Notes under the pieces: model-generated | The model's input: only the letters and a program-made list of their open reading frames with translations | Database searches by the model: none | What the model was told of the DNA's origin: nothing | Made by a program: the position numbers and the translations under genes | Shown: positions 56,037-64,000 of the stretch, piece by piece | Numbering within the stretch: the stretch's first letter is position 1 | Layout of the letters: each line of letters begins with the position of its first letter | Assembly (NCBI GenBank): GCA_963845755.1 | Contig: CAWJTV010000011.1 | Span: 1-64,000 of the forward strand | Length of the DNA: 64,000 nucleotides | Origin: an uncultured Planctomycetota bacterium | Lineage (GTDB): Bacteria > Planctomycetota > Planctomycetia > Isosphaerales > Isosphaeraceae | Direction of reading: 5' to 3'

Positions 56037-59000
56037 TCAATGTGCGAACGGGTCGGCCGGGAAGACCTGGTCGAGCTCGATCGTCTCGGCCTCGCTCAGG
56101 AAGGCCTGTGACTCCGGATTTCCGGCCAACGGCGGATTCTTCATCAATTCGTGCAGCCGTCCCAGGGTGTCGCGGGCCTGACCGGACAGCCCCAGGCGGT
56201 GCTGGGCCAAGGCCAGGAAGGCCAGGTCGCCAGGTTCTTGCCCCTTGTTCAGGTCGTTTGACCGTGTCAGGGTTGCCAGCGCCTCGGCCATGAGCCCGCA
56301 GCGGTACTGGGCCGCGCCCAGGGTATTGAGGTAAGAGCCGTTCTCAGGCCCGAGCCGGCAAGCGGCCCTGGCCAGGCGCAGGCCGCGCTGGTAATTCGCT
56401 TCCGGTCGCCCGGGGTCGCGAACCAGAGCCCAACCGGCATCGTTGCACTCCTCAGCGGATTCGGACCAGGTCCCGGCCAGTTTCAGGCAGGCGGCCTGGA
56501 TCTCCGGATCGGCCGCCGGTCGGGCCTGGAGGGCGGCGAGTACGTCGTCGCGGAGGAGCAAGCGATCAAACAGGGGCGCGACGATCGCCTTGGCTCGATG
56601 TCGCGTCCGATCCGATGGCGGGAGGAGGTTGAGGTAGAACCGGGCCGCGAAGTCGTCATTGGCCGCTCGGGCCGCTTCGTAACCTTCCCGGTAGCGCTCA
56701 TAGTTCGGTTGCATCAGCAGCCTGCGATAGGAAAGCTCTTCCTCGTCCGGTTGCAGCGGGATCAGTTCGACGCGGTCGCGGATCACGTGGGCGATCCACC
56801 GGCCGTCCGGGCTGATCGGGCCGGGAAGGGGTGCGGGCGGAATCGGTTCGCCATTCAATTCGTGGCCCGTCCGCGCCTCCCAGACCTTCACTGTCTTGTC
56901 AAAACTCCTCGCGACGATCCGCGTACCGTCCGGGCTGTACGACACGAAAGGCTCCTCGCCCGAATGCCCCTGGAGTACGAGCAGGAGCGTTCCCGACCGC
57001 GTGTCCCATACTCTTATCTTCCGGTCCCAACCGCCGGTGACGATGTGCGTGCCGTCCGGGCTGAACGCCGCGCTCCTCACCGGTCCTGCATCCGCGTACA
57101 GCTCGAACAAGGCCACCCCCGTCCGTGCGTCCCAAACCTTGGCCGTCTGGTCCTCGCTGCCGGTGACCACCCGAGTGCCGTCCGGGCTGAAGGTCGCGCT
57201 CGACACCTCGCCCGTATGCCCTTTGAGTTCGAGCGGGGCCTTACCCGTCCGCGCGTCCCAGACCTTCGCCGTCCGCTCAACGCTACTGGTGAGGATTCGG
57301 GTGCCGTCGGGGCTGAACGATGCGCTCATCACCCTGTCGGTTTGGCCTTTCAGTTGGAGGAGGGGCGTTCCGGTCCGCGCGTCCCACACCCTCGTTGTCT
57401 GGTCGAAACTGCCGGTGACGATGCGCAAGCCGTCCGGGCTGAACGCCGCGCTCCAGACATCGCCCGTGTGCCCTCTCAGGTCGAGCAGCGCCGTCCCCGA
57501 CCGCGCGTCCCACACCCTCGCGAGTTGGTCATCACCTCCGGTGACTATGCGAGTACCATCGGGGCTGAACGCCGCGCTCCTTATCGGGTTTGTGTGCCCT
57601 TTGAGGTCGAGCAGGAGCGCCCCCGAGTGCGCGTCCCACACCTTCGCCTCCCCGGAACTCGCGAACACTCCGCCGCCGGTGACGATGCGCGTGCCGTCTG
57701 GCCCGAACGACGCGCAATCCACATAGCCTGTGTGCCCTTTGAGGTCGAGCAGGAGCGCCCCCGAGCGCGCGTCCCACACCTTCGCCCCCGTGCCCTTTTG
57801 GTCCCAACCGCCGGTGAGGATCCGTGTGCCGTCTGGGCTAAACGACACGCTCATCACCGCGCCCGTATGCCCTTTCAGTTCGAACACGATCGCCCCCGAC
57901 CGCGCGTCCCACACCTTCGCCTCTCCGGGTCGGTCCGTGACCGATCCGGCGCCGGTGATAATGCGCGTGCCGTCCGGGCTGAACGCCGCGGTCGTCACCC
58001 TGTCGGTGTGGCCTTTCAGATCCAGCAGGGTGGTCCCCGTCCGCGCGTCCCAGACCTTCGCTTGTTCGTCCTCACTTCCGGTGATGATGCGCGTGCCGTC
58101 CGGGCTGAACGCCGCACTCGACACCCAGCCAGTATGTCCTTTCAGCTCCAGCACTGGCATCCCCGTCCGCGCGTCCCAGACCTTCGCCGTCTGGTCAAGA
58201 CTTCCGGTGATGATGCGCGCCCCGTCCGGACTGAACGCCGCGCTCCTTACCTGGCCCGTGTGTCCCTTGAACTCCAGCAAGAGCGTCCCCGTTCGCGCAT
58301 CCCAAACCATGGCCTCTCCGGAGCCGTGCACCAACACTCCGCAACCGGTGAGGATCCGCGTCCCGTCGGGGCTGAACGCCACACTCCAAACCGAGCCCGC
58401 ATGCGCCTTTCAGGTCGAGCTTGAGCGTTCCCGTTCGCGCGTCCCAGACCTTTGTCCTTCCGTCATTACCACCGGTAATGATGCGCGTACTGTCGGGGCT
58501 GAACGCGACGCTTGACACTAACCCCTCATGCCCTTTCAGCTCGAGCAGGGTCCTCCCGGTCCGTGCGTCCCAGACCTTCGCCGTCCCGTCTCGACTACCG
58601 GTGACGATCCGGGAGCCGTCCGGGCTGAACGCCGCGCTCGATCAGCGCGCCCGTAACGCCACCGAGTTCGAACAGGGTGGTCCCCGTCCGCGCGTCCCAG
58701 ACCTTGGCCGACTGGTCATCGCTACTGGTGAGGATGCGGGTGCTGTCCGGGCTGAACGCCGCGCTCTCCACGCTCTCAGTGTGGCCCCTCAGCTCGAGCA
58801 GGGTCGTCCCGGTGGTCGCGTCCCACACCCTCGCCGTCTGGTCGTCGCTGCCGGTGACGATCCGGGAACCGTCGGGGCTGAACGCCGCGCTTATCACCCC
58901 GCTCGTGTGGCCCCTCAGCTCGAGCAGGGTCGTCCCCGTGGTTGCGTCCCACACCCTCGCCGTCTGGTCGTCGCTGCCGGTGAGGATGCGGGTGCCGTCC

Positions 59001-60698
59001 GGGCTGAACGCCGCGCTCCAAACCGCGCCCGTGTGGCCGTAGAGGGTGAACAGGCCGCCGCGAGTGAGTCGCTTCAAGTAGTGCCACTCCCAGCCTCGCT
59101 GGCCCCGGGGCACGTTATCCAGCCGTTCAGTAGCCAGGACGACGTCGCGATCTTCGTAGGCGGCACTGGCCAGGACCATATCGCTGACGCCCAGCCGATA
59201 CTTGAGTTCGTCGGCGCGGGCATAGGCGACCTTCGTAGCCGCATCGCGTTCCTTGACGCGCTCGGCCTCGGCGGCCCGTGACCGTTCAGCCCGGATCAAC
59301 CCCCAGGTCGTTCCCAGGATGCCACCCAGGAGCGCCAGGACCACCAGGCTGGCGGCGACCACCGCGCCGCGATGCTTCCGCACGAACTTCCGCATCCGGT
59401 ACGCCCGGCTCGGCGGGGCGGCCTGCACTGGCTCGTACGCCAGGTGACGCAAGACGTCGGCCGCGAAACCGTTGGCCGTCTCGTAGCGACGCGTGCGGTC
59501 CTTCTCGAGCGCCTTCATCACGATCCAGTCGAGGTCACCCCGCAACGCCCGCTTCAATTGCTCCGGCTCGATGTCGCGGCTGGCCGCGATGCTCGGCAGG
59601 GCCTCCGCCGTGCTCACCTTGGTGCTCGGCCGGGGCGGGTCGACCTCCCGCACCATCCGCAGCATCTCCAGGAACGCCCCCCGCTGGAACTGCTTCGCGT
59701 CGATCGGCGGCGAACCGGCCAGCAGCTCGTACAGGATCACCCCGAGCGCATAGACGTCGGTCCGGGTGTCGATGTCCATCGACGAGGGGTCCGCCTGCTC
59801 CGGCGACATGTACGCGGGCGTGCCTACGATCGCCCCGGCGTCCGCCAGGCTCTGGTCGGTGAGCTTGATTTCCGTCGCCTTGGCGACTCCGAAGTCGATG
59901 ACCTTGGGGGTGGGCCGGCCGTCCACCTCGGTGACCAGGACGTTGCCGGGCTTCAGGTCGCGGTGGATGATCCCCTTCTGATGGGCGTGTTGCACCGCCT
60001 GGCAAACGGAGACGAACAGCTCCAGCCGGGCCCGCACAGGGAGCCGATGGCGGTCGCAGTAATCGGTGATCGGCACCCCGCTCACCAGCTCCATCACGAA
60101 GAACGGCTGGCCGGCCGCGGTGGTGCCGCCGTCGTAGACGCGGGCGATGTTGGGGTGGTCCATCAAGGCCAGCGCCTGTCGCTCGGCATCGAACCGGGCC
60201 AGCACCGCCCGCGAGTCCATGCCGACCTTGATCACCTTCAGCGCCACCGGCCGCTTGACCGGCTCGGTTTGGCCCGCCCGGTAGACGGTGCCCATCCCTC
60301 CTTCGCCGAGGAGGTCGAGCAGCGTGTAGCGGCCGGCGATAACCTGGCCCGCGACGGATCCGTCTGGGCGGTCGGCCGGCGCTGGGCCCGCGATCGTGGT
60401 GATCGGGCCGTCCGGTCGCTGTTTCTCGGTCACAAGTTGCGATAGGGGAAGCGTTTCCGAAATAGAGGCACGGGTCGCCTCTTCGGTTTCGGGTGCGGTG
60501 GTTTCGGACAGGACGCAGGAGTCTGGCTCCAGGAACCGGCCGGCCCCGTCGTGGGCGGCCAGCAGCGCCTCGACCCGCCGGCGGAGGCGCGGCGTCATCC
60601 CCACAGGCGCTCTCCAGGTAGGCAGCCCGGGCGGCCAGGTCGGTCCGTTCGAGGGCTTCGGTGAAGATGGTCATCAAATTGGGGTCGTTGTCGGGCAT
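56037..60698 (-). CDS. Ser/Thr kinase with WD40 repeats and C-terminal TPR (frameshifted)
   Basis: GEGGMGTV, HRDLKPGN, DFGVAK; more than 14 GHT...FSPDG...VWD repeats; FPADPF end. Confidence 0.9.
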
Positions 60699-60725
60699 CG
60701 GTTCACCTCCAAAGCGGATTCCCTG

Positions 60726-60795
60726 ACAGCCCCTCGCGAAACGGGGACAGGCAACTCGAAGACTCGGAGCCAGTCCCCGTTTCGCGAGGGGCTGT
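60726..60795. repeat. 70-bp hairpin / mini-MITE with perfect 23-bp arms
   Basis: acagcccctcgcgaaacggggac ... gtccccgtttcgcgaggggctgt. Confidence 0.75.
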
Positions 60796-60851
60796 TACCC
60801 AATGCCCCGTTCAGCCCGGGAGTGCGCCAAAGAATCCGAAGAATCCTCGGA

Positions 60852-61400
60852 TTACCCGCCGCCGAGCGCGTCGGCGAGCCAGGCTCGGGCGAACGCCCAG
60901 TGGCGGTCGGCGGTCCGGCGAGGGAGGCCCAGGGCTTCGGCCGCGTCACCCAGCGTCATCCCGGCGAAGAACCGCACCTTCACCAGTTCGGCGGCTACGG
61001 GGAACTCCTTCGCCAGTCGGTCGAGGGCGTCGTCGAGCTCGAGGAGGTCGTTGTCGGTGGCGACGGCCGGGCCGGTGAGTCGGTCGAGATCGACCGGGTT
61101 TCGTCGGCCACCCCGTTTCAGCCGGGTGCGGTCCCGGGCGTGGTTGACCAGCACACGCCGCATCGCCTCGGCCGCGGCGGCGAAAAAGTGCGACTTGCCG
61201 TCGAAGTGCTGGTCCCCGACCAACCTCAGGTACGCCTCATGGACCAGGGCGGTGGCGTCGAGGGTGTGCCCGGGTCGCTCCGCGGCCATCCGCGCGGCCG
61301 CGAGCCTCCGCAGCTCGTCGTAGACCAGCGGGAGTAATTCGTCCGCCGCACGACGATCGCCGGCTGCGGCGGCCTCGAGGAGGTGGGTGATCTCGGACAT
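60852..61400 (-). CDS. ECF sigma factor, planctomycete TIGR02999-like
   Basis: ELLPLVYDELRRLA, TLDATALVHEAYLRL, FFAAAAEAMRRVL, WAFARAWL. Confidence 0.93.
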   Translation of the reverse strand: MSEITHLLEAAAAGDRRAADELLPLVYDELRRLAAARMAAERPGHTLDATALVHEAYLRLVGDQHFDGKSHFFAAAAEAMRRVLVNHARDRTRLKRGGRRNPVDLDRLTGPAVATDNDLLELDDALDRLAKEFPVAAELVKVRFFAGMTLGDAAEALGLPRRTADRHWAFARAWLADALGGG

Positions 61401-61520
61401 GGAAGCGAGCCTCCCGGTTGTCTCGCAACGGAAAATCGAGGCGTTTCCGCACGCCGCCACCGGACAGCGTCTTGACCAGGATTTCATGGCGACGGCGATG
61501 GTGTGGCCGGGCAGTTCCAG

Positions 61521-61613
61521 TTATATTAAAATATATTTATATTAAAATATCATATATGACTACCACGCCAATGCACTAGTGCACGGCCGCTCCACCTGTT
61601 ATTCACCTGTTAT
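61521..61613. promoter_or_regulatory. AT-rich regulatory region with direct repeats
   Basis: ttatattaaaatat x2, tgcactagtgca palindrome, cacctgttat x2. Confidence 0.45.
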
Positions 61614-61814
61614 CAAGTGGACGGCTCTCGAGAGTTTCCCGCTCGGCGTGGTGCCCTCGCCGCACCAGCGCCGGGTATGCGCTGCTCCTTCGCGAAGCGC
61701 TCTCGCCGATCACCCCAACGTGCCGACGAGAGTATAAGAGCCTCCCCGTCCATCAAGGAACTGAGGAACCGGCCGCGAATCGTCGCAATCCCGCACCATG
61801 TTGTGGCAAAGTCT

Positions 61815-63988
61815 CTAATCGACATAGACAAACTCATTCAAATTGAGCAAGGCGAGGCAGAAGTCGGCGAAGGAGGAGTTGTCCTTGGAGAGGAAGTCGC
61901 GGGCAAGCGCCCGCTCGTCCGGATCGGGCCGGCGTCCGAGGGTGAGGAGATAGGCGCGTTCGACCTTGGCATCGAGCCCCGAACCGGCCTCGCGCTCGGC
62001 CCGCCCGGCGAGGGCATGCGCCGCTTCCGAAGAGAGCGGGCTATTGAGCAGGCTCAGCGCCTGCGGCGCGATCGTGGTGACGGGGCGCTTCGGACAGCTC
62101 GCATTCGTATCGGGACGATCGAACGCTTCGAAGAAAGGATACCGCAGGTTGCGCCGGATGAAGACATAAAGGCTGCGGCGTTTCTGGTCTTCGACCCTGG
62201 CGGAAACCGGCCAGATCGCGCCCTTGCTCGAGAGCTTGGTCAGCTCGGGGGGCAGGGGAGGGAACACGCCCGGCCCATCCAGGGCCGGATTCAACCGGCC
62301 CGAGGCGGCGAGCAAGGCATCGCGAATCGCCTCGCCATCGAGTCGTTAACGATTCTGTCGGGCGAGCCAGAGGTTGTCCGGGTCGGCCTCGCGCGCGGCC
62401 GTCGGCCGCGACGATTGGCGATACGTGGCGCTCGTAACGATCAGCCGGTGCATGGCCTTGAGGCTCCAGCCCCGAGCGACCAATTCGGTCGCCAGCCAGT
62501 CGAGCAACTCGGGATGGCTGGGCTCGTCGCCCATCCGGCCGAAGTCGCTGGACGTGCCCACCAGCCCACGGCCGAAATGCCCTTGCCAGAGCCGGTTGAT
62601 CATCACTCGAGTGGTCAGCGGGTGGTCGGGACGCGTCAGCCAATCGGCCAGCGCCTTGCGTCGCCCGGTCGTCTCGGGCGTCGGGGTGATCGACGGGGTC
62701 GCCGACGACAGAACCGCCGGGAACGCCGGCTCGACGGCCGGTCCTCGCGCGGTGTACTCGCCTCGTTTCAGAAAATACGTCGGCGGTGGCCGATGTCCAG
62801 ACTCATCGATCCCGCGCGGTCGGTAGGGGCGATGGTGAGGCCTTCTTCAACTGCTCCAGTCGCGCGAGCAATCGCTGCCGCTCAGCTCTGGCAGCTCCAT
62901 CCATCAGCCCCGGCCAATCCTTGGCCTTGATCCGCCCGTCGCGGCTGAGGATGTCGTAGACCATCGTGACTTCGGCCGGACTGCGCTCGGTCTCCGGTTT
63001 GTTGTAGGCCAGGACGGCCTCGTCGAGCGAGCCCATCGGCAAGCCCGGCGCCCGCTTGTCGCGGACGGGTTTTTCGATGCGAAGGATCCTCGCCTGGACC
63101 GTCGCCATCTCGGCTCGCCAGGCGGCGACGACCGTCTCGTAAGCCTTTCTTCGCGCGGTCGAGGCCAGCGGATAATCGTTGCGGAACCGGGCGGGCGTGA
63201 AGAACGCCTGGAGCCGGTAGAAATCCGCCTGGCGGATCGGGTCGAACTTGTGATCGTGGCAGCGCGCGCAACCGATCGTCAGGCCGAGGAAGACCAGGCC
63301 CGTCGTTTCCGTGATGTCGTTCAAGGCGTTCTGCCGCCTCAGACCCTGGTCGTTCAGGTCGACCATATCCGGATAGCAGCGATTGAAGCCGGTCGCGATG
63401 AAGGCATTGGGATCGTCGGGCGCGACCTCGTCGCCGGCCAGTTGGAACCGGACGAACTGATCGTACGGCAAGTCACGGTTCATCGCGGACACGACCCAGT
63501 CGCGGTATCGCCACGCGTTCGGCCGCGCCTGGTCGAACTCGAAGCCATCGGTGTCGGCATAACGCGCCAGGTCGAGCCAGTGCTGCGCCCAGCGCTCTCC
63601 GTACTGGGGGCTGGCCAGCAGGCGGTCGACGACCTTCTCATAAGCATCCGCCGAGCGATCGTTCTGGAAGCTTCCGATCTCGTCGGGCGTTGGCGGCAAG
63701 CCAGTCAGGTCGAAGCTCAGGCGCCGGAGCAGTGTCGGCGCGATCGGCTTTGGGAGAAGGCGAGAGGCCATTGGACTCGAGGACCGACAGGATGAACGCG
63801 TCGATGGGATTACGGACCCATCGGCTTTCCTCAACGACAGGCGGTTCGGTTCGCCGGGGAGACCGGAATGCCCAGTGGTCCTGCTCCTCGGCCGTGATCG
63901 GCTTGTCGGGGAGTCGCGTGTCGTCGGCCACCGCCAGGGCCACGAATCCCAGGACGATCGCCACCGAGCGGCCAGAACTACGCAGCAT
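61815..63988 (-). CDS. DUF1549/DUF1553 domain protein (frameshifted)
   Basis: HWAF, NPIDAF, YGERWAQHWLDLARYADT, CARCHDHKFDP, NRLWQGHFGRG, PSHPELLDWLA, LLNLNEFVYVD. Confidence 0.92.
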
Positions 63989-64000
63989 GGATCGCATCCT

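Noticed and set aside
61599..61607. oriC (AT-rich tract plus DnaA box)
   Set aside because: Only one mismatched box (ttattcacc) and no replication genes nearby

Overview
High-GC window from a planctomycete, most likely Isosphaeraceae-like, judged from DUF1559, DUF1549/DUF1553, DUF4058, ECF sigma/Ser-Thr kinase pairs and REP-like palindromes. Many long genes are split by single-base frameshifts, which looks like uncorrected long-read error rather than real pseudogenisation. Family names come from motif recognition by eye, not database searches. The content is housekeeping genes (zwf, opcA, nikR, oxidoreductases, GNAT, sugar ABC ATPase) mixed with accessory signalling cassettes (blaI/M56-WD40, six ECF sigma genes including one DUF1559 fusion, three full Ser/Thr kinases, CHAT-TPR), three TA loci and several repeat families. 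Highlights: (1) a five-gene eukaryote-like ubiquitin-conjugation operon at 25.8-29.9 kb, with an E2 carrying HPN and a catalytic Cys, two membrane-anchored RING proteins (one fused to a trypsin-like protease), a Zn-ribbon membrane protein and DUF2752, but no E1 or Ubl in the window; (2) a TlpA-like selenoprotein with an in-frame UGA in a UxxC motif followed by a SECIS-like hairpin; (3) three cassettes each followed by a decayed second copy of the upstream gene's 3' end; (4) a 150-bp MITE inserted in the loop of a REP hairpin, and tandem CTAA-bounded repeat elements; (5) a PfkB-fold protein lacking the catalytic Asp.
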